A stretch of 64,000 nucleotides of DNA from an archaeon GW2011_AR15 (GCA_000830295.1 CP010425.1:1-64000), one strand, 5' to 3'; positions 18,698 through 30,667 are shown, counted from the first letter of the stretch. Program-made: numbers and translations. Notes: a model not told the origin generated them from the sequence alone.

Positions 18698-19048
18698 TTG
18701 AAGGATACCAAGGTTAAATTCGACATTGAGAACGGTCAAAGCTTTTTTGCCGATGAGGTCGGCGTTATCCACAACCCGCTGAAGATAATTCTGGATTTTA
18801 GGAGCATAACTCCGAGAGTTGATGTAAGGAACCAGGAATACCAGACTCTTGTGCTCAGGCACAATGTCATTCTTATGGACCCTTACACTGCAAAGAGCTT
18901 TTTTGATGTGCTGGGAAAGAACATAAAGAACTATGAAAAAGAGTTCGGAAAGATAGAAAAGCCCAGCCAGCTGAAAAAGCTCGAAAAAAAGGCTGCTGTT
19001 AAGTCATCAAAAAAAGGAAACAAGGATTCTCCGACATATTTCGGATAA
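18698..19048 (+). CDS. Conserved hypothetical protein (DUF3467-like)
   Basis: FFADE...ILDF...ILMDP.TAK.F..VL..NI..YEKEFGKI. Confidence 0.7.
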   Translation: MKDTKVKFDIENGQSFFADEVGVIHNPLKIILDFRSITPRVDVRNQEYQTLVLRHNVILMDPYTAKSFFDVLGKNIKNYEKEFGKIEKPSQLKKLEKKAAVKSSKKGNKDSPTYFG

Positions 19049-19059
19049 TGGGTGTTTAA

Positions 19060-19560
19060 ATGAAAGTAACAAAAAAACTTATAAGGGAAGTCATTGGCGA
19101 ATTAGTTGGGCCTGAATATGTTGATGTTGCATTATACCTCCATGGCAAGAAGGATGTCTCAGAGCTTGTCGTTGCAAAAGACCTCAAGATAAGCATCCAG
19201 GAAGCAAGGGCACTTCTGTACAGGCTTTACGAGAGCAATGTGGTTGTCTTTGAGAGAAAAAGAGACAAACACAAGGGATGGCACATAAGCCACTGGGATT
19301 TCCTTGATGCAAATGTCATAAAGCTCTACCAGAGGTCACAGCAGGAAAAGATAGAAGAGCTAAAGACAAGGCTGGAAAGGGAGCAGCAGAACGAATTCTA
19401 CATGTGCAAGTACGCCTGCTCAAGAGTTGAGTTTGACAAGGCAATTGAGCTGAATTTCAAATGCCCTGAATGCGGCACGCTTATGAACCCGCAGGACAAT
19501 TCAAGGACAATAGAAGTCATCAACGGAAGGCTGAAAGAACTAAAAGAGCTTGTCTCTTAA
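19060..19560 (+). CDS. tfe: Transcription factor E (TFE/TFIIE-alpha)
   Basis: Winged helix with R.LLY.L and GW, plus zinc ribbon FKCPECG. Confidence 0.9.
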   Translation: MKVTKKLIREVIGELVGPEYVDVALYLHGKKDVSELVVAKDLKISIQEARALLYRLYESNVVVFERKRDKHKGWHISHWDFLDANVIKLYQRSQQEKIEELKTRLEREQQNEFYMCKYACSRVEFDKAIELNFKCPECGTLMNPQDNSRTIEVINGRLKELKELVS

Positions 19561-20456
19561 TCCTGATACCACAGGGCAGTCTCTTTAATCCCGAGGTAAA
19601 GGGCGTATTTTGGCTTCCACCCTAAAACTGTTTCTGCTTTTGTTATGTCAAGCCTGCTTCTTATTATTTCCCCGGGCTTCTCATCAAGGTATTCGGCTCC
19701 GCCTGTATAGCCTATTATTTTTTTTACCAGGGTGAACAGTTCATTCACTGATGTCTCCGAGGACATGCCTATGTTTATCTCCCCCTCGCCTTTTTCCATT
19801 GCAAGAAGATTGGCTGAAACAACATCTTTTACATATATGTAATCCCTTGTCTGGTTCCCTGTCCCGTATATCCTGGGCTGCTCGCCATTGAGCATTTTGG
19901 ATATGAATATTGATATGACTCCCTCTTTCTGCCTCGGGCCGTAAACATTTGAATACCTTAGTGAGACATAATCAAGCCCGTAGGTCCTGCTGTAGAACTG
20001 CAGGAAAAGCTCTCCTGTGAATTTTGATATGCCGTACGGGGATTTCGGGTCTTTTTTTGAGGATTCCTTTGTAGGAAGCTCAGCATCATCCCCGTATATT
20101 GCTCCTCCGGAAGATATGTTTATGAACTTTCTGACATTATATTTTATTGAATTCTCCAGGAGATTTACCAGGCCGAGTATATTGCTTTTTGCATCCAGGA
20201 CAGGATTCTCAACTGAGATGTTCACATTGGCCTGAGCTGCATGGTGGTTCACGATGTCGAACTTGTGCCTTTCAAAAACCTCCCCCACTCTTTTATCCTC
20301 AACATCCATCTCATAAAGGACTGCATTTGGATTGAGATTTTCTCTTGAGCCTGAGGAAAGGTTGTCTATGACCACAACATTATGCCCTTTTTCTATGAGC
20401 GCATCAACTACATGGCTGCCTATAAAACCGGCCCCACCTGTAACAAGTATATTCAT
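19557..20456 (-). CDS. NAD-dependent epimerase/dehydratase (GalE-like)
   Basis: GGAGFIGS, YGISK and NVYGPRQ. Confidence 0.92.
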   Translation of the reverse strand: MNILVTGGAGFIGSHVVDALIEKGHNVVVIDNLSSGSRENLNPNAVLYEMDVEDKRVGEVFERHKFDIVNHHAAQANVNISVENPVLDAKSNILGLVNLLENSIKYNVRKFINISSGGAIYGDDAELPTKESSKKDPKSPYGISKFTGELFLQFYSRTYGLDYVSLRYSNVYGPRQKEGVISIFISKMLNGEQPRIYGTGNQTRDYIYVKDVVSANLLAMEKGEGEINIGMSSETSVNELFTLVKKIIGYTGGAEYLDEKPGEIIRSRLDITKAETVLGWKPKYALYLGIKETALWYQD

Positions 20457-20510
20457 GAGAACAAAAGAACCGGTATACTATTTAATTATTTTCTTTTTTA
20501 ATGAGCCGGC

Positions 20511-21515
20511 TTAATGGGGTGCAGCCTCTTTAAGTTCTGATCTGGTTAATATGCTCTCCACAATAAATTCCGGAATTAGTTCGAGGTCTTCAGAATGATA
20601 TATCCCCTGGGCCAGGCCTGCTGCTTTTGTCAGGTCGAACTCTGCTATTTTTAGAGGCTCGCTGGTTCTTTTGCCATTTGGAGCCAGAGTATACTGGGCA
20701 AGCTTCAGCGGGTTCCCTGCTTTATCAGTTTCCAGCTCAGCAAACAGGCCGAAATATGGGTCCGGCTGCACTCTTTCAAGCGTCATTGGATCTATCCTTC
20801 CTGTTTCCCCGAGATTGCCGGGATTGATTGCAAAAGTTCCTTTCCCGCGTGAATTTACATAGTATGCAATGCCTGAGTGATGCCCGGCATGGGCTTTTCC
20901 GAGCGGGCCTTCTTCATGGATGTGCCCGCTGAAGACTGCATTGTATTCATGGCTTTCCAGTATATCTGTTATGTCCGCTCCTGTATTCTCGCCGGCAACA
21001 TTGTCAAGCAGCCCTTTCAGGGGATTGTGGAGCAGCAGGTAATCTGAATCATCCTTTTCTATTCTTAACCTCACCTGCTCTATGTCGTACTCAATAGGCC
21101 TGAATGCCCTTGCAACATTGATATGGGCCGGGAAAGCATCTGCCCCTCCCTGTCCGAAGACAGAAAAGCCGTCCAGTTCAATTTTCCTGTTATGCATAAA
21201 ACTTTCTTCTAATACCTCTGCTGTCTCTTTTGTAGGCTCATAGTTTCCGTAGACAGCATACCATGGAAGGGCTGTGCTGTCAAGTATGGATTTGAATTCA
21301 TGCAGCTGCTTGCCTGTAAATTCAGCCATGCTCTCAAGAAAGCCAGATGGATTAAAAGTGAGTTCAAGCATCCATCTCTTATCATTAAACTGCTTTTCCA
21401 GCAGATCCCCGTTGCACAGGATATATGAATCTTCCCTCCCTCTTACATAATCTGCAAATATCCTTAGGGTATCCGTATCAGAATGGACATCCCCTATAGT
21501 ATATATTGTGGTCAT
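20511..21515 (-). CDS. Metallophosphoesterase
   Basis: GDVH, NGD, GNYE, HNP, SGHIHE and NPG motifs. Confidence 0.85.
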   Translation of the reverse strand: MTTIYTIGDVHSDTDTLRIFADYVRGREDSYILCNGDLLEKQFNDKRWMLELTFNPSGFLESMAEFTGKQLHEFKSILDSTALPWYAVYGNYEPTKETAEVLEESFMHNRKIELDGFSVFGQGGADAFPAHINVARAFRPIEYDIEQVRLRIEKDDSDYLLLHNPLKGLLDNVAGENTGADITDILESHEYNAVFSGHIHEEGPLGKAHAGHHSGIAYYVNSRGKGTFAINPGNLGETGRIDPMTLERVQPDPYFGLFAELETDKAGNPLKLAQYTLAPNGKRTSEPLKIAEFDLTKAAGLAQGIYHSEDLELIPEFIVESILTRSELKEAAPH

Positions 21516-21668
21516 GAAGGCTGCTACATGGGCTTAATTTATAAATATTATCTTTTTTACTACTTAACCATAGTTAAAATAAGTTCCAATTTAGTAATAT
21601 TGATAAAACGAAAGCTTTAAGATTATATACATTATTGGATTGATTATGAAAATTTCTGGGGGTATGGA

Positions 21669-22292
21669 ATGAGCGGCGGCGGACACGGTGAGGAAGAGAA
21701 GAAGCCGTCATGGGAGAACCATGAGACTCTGGATGATTTAATTATCGGAAGGCACAAGCTGACAAGGAGAAGCCTTGATTACCTTGAAGGTATGCAGGGG
21801 GAGGTCAAAGCAGAGGTTGCCAAGATATTAAAGAAATATGGCATTTCAGCATTTGAAGTAAAAGGCCATGGTAAAGAAGATGAAATAAAGAAGGCACTTA
21901 ATGATGCCATTGAAAAAAAATTATCGTATGAAAATGAGCTTCATCCTCTTAATCCCTATCTGAAAACCAGCGATCTCAAGAAAGACGAATTTATACAAAG
22001 GCTTATCGATGAGATATTCACCCCTCATAAAAGAGAGATTCTCAATGCTGTAGGTGAGAGAGAATTCATGGATATTTTAAGAGACAGGACACAGAGGCAT
22101 TACAGGAATCTCGAGGAGAAATCCGCCCAGTATATTCTTTCGGATTTTAAGACAACAGATGATAAGCACAGGACAGCTGTTGCAAAATACCTTACAAATG
22201 CAGGGATAAAAGCGAGTGAAAAGGATGTTGGGCTAAGGCCTGATAAGCACCTTTCAGACCTTTACAGACTTGCGCTTACAAAGTATTCCTGA
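21669..22292 (+). CDS. Hypothetical protein
   Basis: 207-aa ORF, no recognised motif. Confidence 0.65.
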   Translation: MSGGGHGEEEKKPSWENHETLDDLIIGRHKLTRRSLDYLEGMQGEVKAEVAKILKKYGISAFEVKGHGKEDEIKKALNDAIEKKLSYENELHPLNPYLKTSDLKKDEFIQRLIDEIFTPHKREILNAVGEREFMDILRDRTQRHYRNLEEKSAQYILSDFKTTDDKHRTAVAKYLTNAGIKASEKDVGLRPDKHLSDLYRLALTKYS

Positions 22293-22293
22293 G

Positions 22294-24390
22294 TTATCTT
22301 ACTTTCCCTTCCTTTACTTCTGATACTAATTTCTCCTTATCTGTCTGGAGCTGGCTGCCCTTGTAGAGAACCTTGTTTTCCTGCACATAGATGCTGACTT
22401 TCATGAACTCATCAAACTTGACTGTTTTTTTTCCTGTCCCTATGCCTTCTACATACACCTGGTCGCCCGGCTTTGATTTGGGGGCTTCAACCACTCTTAC
22501 TGTCTTGACATCATTTGTCTCTGCTGCCAGCAGCATGCCTTCTGATTTTTCCCCTCTTAAATCTGCATGCTCGAGGTTTGACACCACCACAATATGCTTT
22601 CCCACCAGAATCTGCGGATTTTCATAGAACGGCCTGAGGCCTGCAACTATCTGCCTTGTCTCTTTTCCCAAATCAACATTTATCAGGAGCAGCTTGTCTG
22701 CCTTGTAGTGCTCTGAAACTGACTTGATTTTTGCGACTCTAAGGTTTAATCTTGAAAAAGGCTCTTCAGGCTCTTCTTCTTTTTTCTTCGGGATATCCAG
22801 CTTCAGTTCTTCTATTTTCTTCAGTATTATTTTTGCCTCTCCAATCTTGTGGTTTTCAAGCTTTTTGCTTAAATCTGAAAAATTCTGCTCTTTTATATTG
22901 AGCTGCTTTTCAATCTCCCTTGAAAATTCAGGGAGTATGGGCTTCACAAGTATGCTGAGCGTCTTTACAATATTAACGCAGTCCGTAATCGTTTTGTGCG
23001 TCTCCCCTTTGTTTGTTTTTACCAGCTCCCATGGCTGGTTGTCCTGGAAATACCTGTTCCCCATTGAGCTGATATCAAGTATTATTGAAACTGCCTTCCT
23101 GAAATCAAGGGACTCATACGCTTTGACTGCCTCTCCTGATTTTCTTTCTATCTCTTCAAGAAGCATCCTGTCCCTTATCTTTGATAATTTTGAGTCAAAG
23201 GCCCTGTTCGCAAAGCTGAGTGTCCTGTAGGCAAAATTGGCTATGTTCGCCACAAGCTCATTGTTTATCCTTGCCTTGAAATTCTCTATGTCAAGGTCAA
23301 TGTCTGTCATTGTATGTGTAAGGCTGCCTGCTATATAGTATCTGAAAAACTCCGGCTCTGCGGCTTTCCTGAAATCCTCTGCTGTGAAGAATGTCCCCCT
23401 TGACTTGGACATCTTCTCTTTATTCACATTAAGGAAGCCGTGCACTACAACATTTTCAGGCGGAGTGAAATCTGACCCCATGAGCACCGCCGGCCAGAAC
23501 AGCAGATGGAAATAGATTATGTCTTTTCCTATGAAATGGATTATTTTTGATTCATTCCACTGCTTTTCAGCTTTCTTTAGGTCTCCTTTCAGGTAATTGG
23601 CCAGGCTTGAGATGTAGCCTACAGGAGCGTCCAGCCAGACATAGAAATATTTCTCTTTTTCTCCGGGAATTCTGAACCCGAAATATGGCGCATCCCTTGA
23701 TATGTTCCAGTCCTCAAGCCCCCCTTTGATCCAGTTCAGTATCTGGTTTTTTATCTCGGGCTGGAGATTCTTGTTTCCGCCTATATACTTCTCAAGTTTT
23801 TTTGAAAATGAGCTTAGCTTGAAGAAATAATGGTTTGATTTCTTCCTTACCGGTGTATTTTTGCAGAGCACACAGTAGCTCTGTATAAGGTCAACAGGAG
23901 TGTAGGTTGTGCCGCAGCTCTCGCAGATGTCTCCGTACTGGTCTTTTGCCCCGCACTTGGGGCAGATGCCCTTGACAAACCTGTCAGGCAGGAATCTTTT
24001 GTCATGTTCGCAGTACATCAGCTCAATGTCCTTTGTGTAGATAAGGCCTTTTTCTTTTAATCTGCTGAATATAAGCTCTGTGAAGTGCTGGCTTTCTTTT
24101 GAATGCGTTGTGTAGAATGAATCCTGGCCTATATGATATGCTTCCAGCTCCTGCTTGTGCTTCCTGAACCATTCCTTTATGAACTGTTCAGGCGTCTTTT
24201 TTTCTTTGGCTGCATTGACTTCTATCGGGGTTCCGTGTGTATCATCAGCGCACAGGTAAATCACATCCTTGCCTGCCATTTTAAGAGCACGCACATAGAC
24301 GTCTGTCTGTATGTATTCAACCATGTGGCCTATATGAAGCGGGCCGTTGGCATACGGCAGGGCGCTTGTAACCAGAATCTTCTCTTTCAT
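22294..24390 (-). CDS. metG: Methionyl-tRNA synthetase
   Basis: LPYANGPLHIGH, zinc knuckles, KMSKS and C-terminal tRNA-binding OB domain; start placed at MKEKIL. Confidence 0.97.
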   Translation of the reverse strand: MKEKILVTSALPYANGPLHIGHMVEYIQTDVYVRALKMAGKDVIYLCADDTHGTPIEVNAAKEKKTPEQFIKEWFRKHKQELEAYHIGQDSFYTTHSKESQHFTELIFSRLKEKGLIYTKDIELMYCEHDKRFLPDRFVKGICPKCGAKDQYGDICESCGTTYTPVDLIQSYCVLCKNTPVRKKSNHYFFKLSSFSKKLEKYIGGNKNLQPEIKNQILNWIKGGLEDWNISRDAPYFGFRIPGEKEKYFYVWLDAPVGYISSLANYLKGDLKKAEKQWNESKIIHFIGKDIIYFHLLFWPAVLMGSDFTPPENVVVHGFLNVNKEKMSKSRGTFFTAEDFRKAAEPEFFRYYIAGSLTHTMTDIDLDIENFKARINNELVANIANFAYRTLSFANRAFDSKLSKIRDRMLLEEIERKSGEAVKAYESLDFRKAVSIILDISSMGNRYFQDNQPWELVKTNKGETHKTITDCVNIVKTLSILVKPILPEFSREIEKQLNIKEQNFSDLSKKLENHKIGEAKIILKKIEELKLDIPKKKEEEPEEPFSRLNLRVAKIKSVSEHYKADKLLLINVDLGKETRQIVAGLRPFYENPQILVGKHIVVVSNLEHADLRGEKSEGMLLAAETNDVKTVRVVEAPKSKPGDQVYVEGIGTGKKTVKFDEFMKVSIYVQENKVLYKGSQLQTDKEKLVSEVKEGKVR

Positions 24391-24489
24391 TCCTGAGAGA
24401 GTAATAACGCAGGATTTAAAAAAGTTGTTGAGCAAAAGAGGGAAATTACAATAAACTATAAAAACTGCTGTCCTTTTCGCAGTCTGAGA

Positions 24490-24564
24490 GGGCTTGTGGC
24501 GTAATCTGGCTATCGCGCCCGACTGGCAGTCGGGAGACTTCGGGTTCAAATCCCGACAAGTCCA
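24490..24564 (+). tRNA. tRNA-Ala(GGC)
   Basis: Acceptor GGGCTTG/CAAGTCC with G3-U70, anticodon arm CCCGA-CTGGCAG-TCGGG, T-loop TTCAAAT. Confidence 0.93.
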
Positions 24565-24581
24565 TCAACCCTTTAAGAAAG

Positions 24582-24635
24582 CCCTAAAAAACCAAAGGTT
24601 TTTGGGGCACGGAAAATCCTATGGATTTTCCAGTG
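24582..24635. repeat. REP/MITE-like double-hairpin element, copy 2
   Basis: CCCTAAAAAACCAAAGGTTTTTGGGG CACGGAAAATCCTATGGATTTTCCAGTG; same layout as 620-671. Confidence 0.75.
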
Positions 24636-24687
24636 CGTTGACGGAAACGGGTGCGGCGTGCGCTTCGCTTAGCCACACTTGTTAAAT

Positions 24688-24759
24688 GCCTCTGTAGCAT
24701 AGTGGTATTGCGTTGCCTTGGTAAGGCAAAGGTCGAGGGTTCAAATCCCTTCAGAGGCT
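24688..24759 (+). tRNA. tRNA-Thr(GGT)
   Basis: Acceptor GCCTCTG/CAGAGGC, anticodon arm TTGCC-TTGGTAA-GGCAA, T-loop TTCAAAT. Confidence 0.93.
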
Positions 24760-24830
24760 TTTTCTTTTTCATAAAAAGTTTGATTGAGGTGGAGAATGAG
24801 GTTGATAAGGGTAGACTACCCTTATGTGGG

Positions 24831-24847
24831 AATCCCTTCAGAGGCTT
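24831..24847 (+). repeat. 17-bp duplicate of the tRNA-Thr 3' end (att-like)
   Basis: AATCCCTTCAGAGGCTT, identical to 24744-24760. Confidence 0.85.
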
Positions 24848-24848
24848 A

Positions 24849-25349
24849 TTATTTATTTCTTTTCAATTCATGCTCGGCAAAGAATGCCAGCTGCTTAGGC
24901 TGGTAGCTTCCCTTGTAGTCAACAAATCCGAGTCTTGATGAGCCTAAGAATACGTAGCGCATCCCAAGATGCACTTGTGACCTGTCTTTTTTCCTAACCA
25001 GCTCCCTGAATTCTTCCCCGGACATTTTAGCCTGCTTCTCGGATTTCCTTAATGCAGGAAGAAAATCCCTCCCGTCTGTTGAGTAGATCCCTACGAGCCT
25101 GTCATCCATAAGATAATAAGCTATCGATGATTCAATGCCGCTTGCATGCTGCACAATGTTCTGGAGGCATTCCTCTATCGGCTGCCTGGAAGGCAGGCTG
25201 TATCCTGAAATCCTTATAATTTCCAGTGTATTGTCCGCTATTTTTTGCAGATCCCTTGCAGCTACTGCTTTCTTTATTCTGTATACCGGTTCAGTATCTC
25301 CTTTCAGAAGCTCTTCTGATGTGATGTATTCAACCAGGTCGGCTATCAT
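24849..25349 (-). CDS. Hypothetical protein, possible GHKL/anti-sigma-like ATPase fold
   Basis: EECLQNIVQHA (N-box-like), TDGRDF and HLGM. Confidence 0.5.
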   Translation of the reverse strand: MIADLVEYITSEELLKGDTEPVYRIKKAVAARDLQKIADNTLEIIRISGYSLPSRQPIEECLQNIVQHASGIESSIAYYLMDDRLVGIYSTDGRDFLPALRKSEKQAKMSGEEFRELVRKKDRSQVHLGMRYVFLGSSRLGFVDYKGSYQPKQLAFFAEHELKRNK

Positions 25350-25487
25350 ATATGGCAGGATAGTTAGAATATATTTAAAACTAATCCATTGGCACTTCTA
25401 TTGCCATAAAATAGACATGGAACATTTTTTTGGGGACAGGGGCAGATACCAAAAAGTTTTATATAGTATATAGTTCAAGTATAGCCT

Positions 25488-26654
25488 ATGAGGTGGCCGT
25501 CTGTATTTATTCTCTCTATAATTATTCTTGTGTTTATAGCAGGATGCACCCAGGAGACTGCTGATGCTCCTGTAGCAGCCGGCGGACAGGAGATAGAAGA
25601 GCAGGAGGCTCCTCCTGAGTTAAGTGAAGAAGAAAGGCACTGGGAATCACTTTTCAACAAAACATTTTCTGATGTAGACTGCCCTGAAGCTCCAGAGCGC
25701 AATTTTTCAGATGACTATTATACCGGCCCTATGATTGACGCCCATATCCACATAATGAGCCTGCCTGATGGAGCGCCGGGGCAGGACTATGAGGGTGATA
25801 ATCTTGGGATAGAGTTCAGCATGGCTGACTGGGTATGCATGATGGATTACGAGGGCACAAGCAAAGCCCTGGCTTTTTTTCCTGTGTGGGACCCTATACG
25901 AAAAGAATCGCTGGATGTGGTAAAGATGACTATGGAAAAATATCCGGGCCGTTTCATCCCATTTATTATGCCTCCAGATGATGACGGCAGTCCTGATGGC
26001 TCGCCGACAGTGGATGCAGAAACACTGCGGGAGATGCTGGAAGTCTACCCCGGCCTGTTTGAAGGGTATGGTGAAATTGGTCTGTATGCCCGCTCAGGAG
26101 GGGCGCCTGCACTCCCACCGAATTCAGCCAGACTGCTGGAAATTTATCCTATGATTCGCGAGCACAAGCTGGTAGTCTATGTCCACCTTGGGGAAGGCCA
26201 GAAAGCTGCATTTGAGAAAGTGCTGGATGCAAACCCGGATATTACTTTCATCTGGCATGGCGACCAGCTGATAAGCTGCGGGGACTGCGAAAATAATCTC
26301 GATGATGTTGAAGATATCCTTAGTGACCATCCTAATGTTTACTATGGGGTTGATGAATTGTATGGAGATGTATTCCTCATACGCCCCGAAGTCAAGAAAG
26401 AAGAGTTTTTAGCCCATTTTGAGGATTATGAGCCGCTGCTCGAGAAAGACCTGGATACCTGGAAAAGATTTATTGAGCGCCATCCTGACCAGGTCCTCTG
26501 GGATACTGACAGGGGGGTCGGCGCTCCCTGGTCGCTTGACCCTGAAGTGGCCATTGCCCTCAATAATTACTCGCGCTATTTTATAGGGCATCTTGACCCT
26601 GAAGTTCAGGAAAAATATGCTTACAGGAATGCGGAAAAAATATTCTCAGGATAA
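25488..26654 (+). CDS. Amidohydrolase-family lipoprotein
   Basis: Lipobox IAGC; IDAHIH, GYGEIG, VHLG, WHG and WDTD. Confidence 0.8.
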   Translation: MRWPSVFILSIIILVFIAGCTQETADAPVAAGGQEIEEQEAPPELSEEERHWESLFNKTFSDVDCPEAPERNFSDDYYTGPMIDAHIHIMSLPDGAPGQDYEGDNLGIEFSMADWVCMMDYEGTSKALAFFPVWDPIRKESLDVVKMTMEKYPGRFIPFIMPPDDDGSPDGSPTVDAETLREMLEVYPGLFEGYGEIGLYARSGGAPALPPNSARLLEIYPMIREHKLVVYVHLGEGQKAAFEKVLDANPDITFIWHGDQLISCGDCENNLDDVEDILSDHPNVYYGVDELYGDVFLIRPEVKKEEFLAHFEDYEPLLEKDLDTWKRFIERHPDQVLWDTDRGVGAPWSLDPEVAIALNNYSRYFIGHLDPEVQEKYAYRNAEKIFSG

Positions 26655-26708
26655 AAAGCAGGGTTCTAAATCAAAAAGCTTTAAAATAAGATATTATTAT
26701 AGGTCGAT

Positions 26709-27110
26709 ATGCCGCAGACAGTAACAATTCCTCTTCCGGGAAAGCAACCTGAAAAGTCAGAAGTTCAGGCAGAAATCAGAGATGGCCAGGTATACATAAC
26801 AGGACTGCCTGACGGGCACACTCTTGAATATGTTGCCAGGGATGTTGAAACCAAATCAAAGTTATATGTTGTTCACCGGCCTGAGGAGTTTTCTTTGGAT
26901 GCCTTTAGGCTGCATATAGGAGCAGAAGCAGAATTAGTAGAAGCTCAGGTGCAAAAGGTAAGAAGATATTTTGACGGAGGAACAACACTCATAGATTATA
27001 TTTTAGCAGGCAATCAGGGAGAACTGTATTTCCCGAGTCCAGCATATAAGGATAAAAAACCTAGAGATAGATATCAGGGAAAAACTATAGAATTAGAAAA
27101 ACTAATTTAA
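26709..27110 (+). CDS. Hypothetical protein
   Basis: 133-aa ORF. Confidence 0.6.
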   Translation: MPQTVTIPLPGKQPEKSEVQAEIRDGQVYITGLPDGHTLEYVARDVETKSKLYVVHRPEEFSLDAFRLHIGAEAELVEAQVQKVRRYFDGGTTLIDYILAGNQGELYFPSPAYKDKKPRDRYQGKTIELEKLI

Positions 27111-27119
27111 AATTATATT

Positions 27120-27527
27120 CTACAACTCCAGCCTATCATCAATCTCTTTGGCAACGTCTCTGAGGCTCTCCATTGTCCTGTAGATGTCGTGCTCAATCTC
27201 TTCCACAAGGTTGGAAAGGCTGTCGACACGGAGCATATACCTGCTCCCCTGGTTTATCACAACGCCTGACTTCATCAGTTTATTCAGGTGGTGGACAACT
27301 GTGCCCCTTGACAGATTAACTTTCTCGGAAATCTCGTCGCTCGTCAGCCCGTCTCCGTGCTTTACTGATCTTAATAAAACTATGGCAGTCCTGAAGCAGC
27401 TCTTATCCTTATCCCTCTCCCCCAATATGCCGAGAGAATCAAAAAACCACTGCAGCTCATCATTCACGTTATCCGCTGCAGGCTTCCTTATCCTGTTGAT
27501 TGTAATCCTGTTGCTCCTGATTATCAT
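27120..27527 (-). CDS. Winged-helix (ArsR-like) transcriptional regulator, divergent from the heat-shock operon
   Basis: LTSDEISEKVNLSRGTVVHHLNKL HTH. Confidence 0.85.
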   Translation of the reverse strand: MIIRSNRITINRIRKPAADNVNDELQWFFDSLGILGERDKDKSCFRTAIVLLRSVKHGDGLTSDEISEKVNLSRGTVVHHLNKLMKSGVVINQGSRYMLRVDSLSNLVEEIEHDIYRTMESLRDVAKEIDDRLEL

Positions 27528-27592
27528 GGCTATAGATTTGCAGCAATAATATATAAACTTTTCCGAAATATTTATAAATTAAATGATTAAAT

Positions 27593-27621
27593 GTTCAACT
27601 TCGTTGAACTAAGCTCAACGA
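27593..27621. promoter_or_regulatory. Overlapping palindromes, putative heat-shock operator
   Basis: GTTCAAC-TTC-GTTGAAC overlapping TCGTTGA-N7-TCAACGA, just upstream of TTTATATA. Confidence 0.6.
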
Positions 27622-27680
27622 AAACTTTATATAGGATTTATGTTTTTACATAGAAAATCGGCATAATTGGGGGTATAACA

Positions 27681-28526
27681 ATGATAAACCAGATAAAAAC
27701 CGTCATGTTATTGGGATTGCTTACAGCATTGCTATTATGGGTAGGCCAGCTGGTGGGAGGAGCATCAGGGCTTACAGCAGCATTTGTAATTGTATTATTG
27801 ATGAACTTCATAATGTACTGGTTCTCTGACAAGATAGTGCTTGCGATGTACAGGGCAAAACCTGCCCATAAGAATTCAGAGCTTTATGCTCTTGTAAAAG
27901 AGACCTCAAAAGAAGCAGGGCTTCCTATGCCAAAAGTATATATGATACCCTCCAACAACCCGAATGCATTTGCAACAGGGAGAAATCCGAAAAACTCTGC
28001 AGTCGCGTGCACAGACGGGATACTTAATTTGCTAAGCAAAGAGGAACTGAAGGGAGTGATTGCACATGAGCTCTCCCATATAAAGAACAGGGACACATTA
28101 ATCACAACAATAGCTGCGACAATAGCAGGAGTGATAGCATATGTGGCAGCAATGGCACGCTGGGCCGCAATATTCGGCGGGTTCGGAGGCAGGGACAGGG
28201 ATGACAATAATATAATCAGCCTTTTGGTGCTTGCAGTACTTACTCCGCTGATTGCAACAATAATCCAGCTTGCGATTTCAAGACAAAGGGAGTATATTGC
28301 TGATGCAACAGCTGCAAAAATAACAAAAAAGCCTGTGCACCTGGCAGATGCCCTCATTAAAATAGAGCAGGGAATCAAGCTTCATCCAATGGCAATGGGA
28401 AGCGAGGCTACAAGCTCATTGTTCATAGCCAACCCATTCAGGGGAGCAGGCCTGCTTAACTTATTTTCAACACACCCTCCTATAAAAGAGAGGGTTGCCA
28501 GATTGAAGGCTATGAAAATTCAGTAA
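27681..28526 (+). CDS. htpX: Zinc metalloprotease HtpX
   Basis: PNAFATG, HELSH, SRQREYIAD and STHPP. Confidence 0.95.
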   Translation: MINQIKTVMLLGLLTALLLWVGQLVGGASGLTAAFVIVLLMNFIMYWFSDKIVLAMYRAKPAHKNSELYALVKETSKEAGLPMPKVYMIPSNNPNAFATGRNPKNSAVACTDGILNLLSKEELKGVIAHELSHIKNRDTLITTIAATIAGVIAYVAAMARWAAIFGGFGGRDRDDNNIISLLVLAVLTPLIATIIQLAISRQREYIADATAAKITKKPVHLADALIKIEQGIKLHPMAMGSEATSSLFIANPFRGAGLLNLFSTHPPIKERVARLKAMKIQ

Positions 28527-28571
28527 TGTTAACTACAAAATCGAAAAACAATGCGTAAAGGTGATGAAAAA

Positions 28572-28835
28572 ATGAAAATTAAACCATTGGGAGACAGAGT
28601 TTTACTAAAACCAATCGAGGCTGAAGAAAAGACAAAATCAGGCATTTACCTGCCTGAATCAGCAAAGGAAAAGCCTCTGGAGGCAGAAGTTGTTGCAGTT
28701 GGCAAAGGAGAAAAAGTCAATGTCAAGCCAGGCCAGAAGGTAATCTATGAAAGCTTCGGCGGCTCAGAAGTCAGTATCAACGGTGTAAAGCACATAATCC
28801 TGGATGTCAAGGACATCCTTGCAGTTATAGAATAA
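28572..28835 (+). CDS. groES: Co-chaperonin GroES
   Basis: IKPLGDRV, KTKSGIYLP and VVAVG.G; GGTGA RBS. Confidence 0.95.
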   Translation: MKIKPLGDRVLLKPIEAEEKTKSGIYLPESAKEKPLEAEVVAVGKGEKVNVKPGQKVIYESFGGSEVSINGVKHIILDVKDILAVIE

Positions 28836-28844
28836 AAAAATCAT

Positions 28845-30608
<1,764 letters not shown>

Positions 30609-30667
30609 GGTTTTAACTTTTTTATTTTAAGTTATTATGGGGCAATCCCAATAAAACCCCCTGAAAA

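Noticed and set aside
24391-24938. ORFs overlapping the tRNAs, and the N-terminal extension of metG
   Set aside because: They overlap well-formed tRNA genes; MetG homology begins at 24390.
24760-27110. Prophage or island integrated at tRNA-Thr
   Set aside because: The repeat lies only 70 bp from the tRNA, and no integrase or viral genes follow.
27530-27680. CIRCE/HrcA operator
   Set aside because: TTAGCACTC-N9-GAGTGCTAA is not present upstream of the operon.
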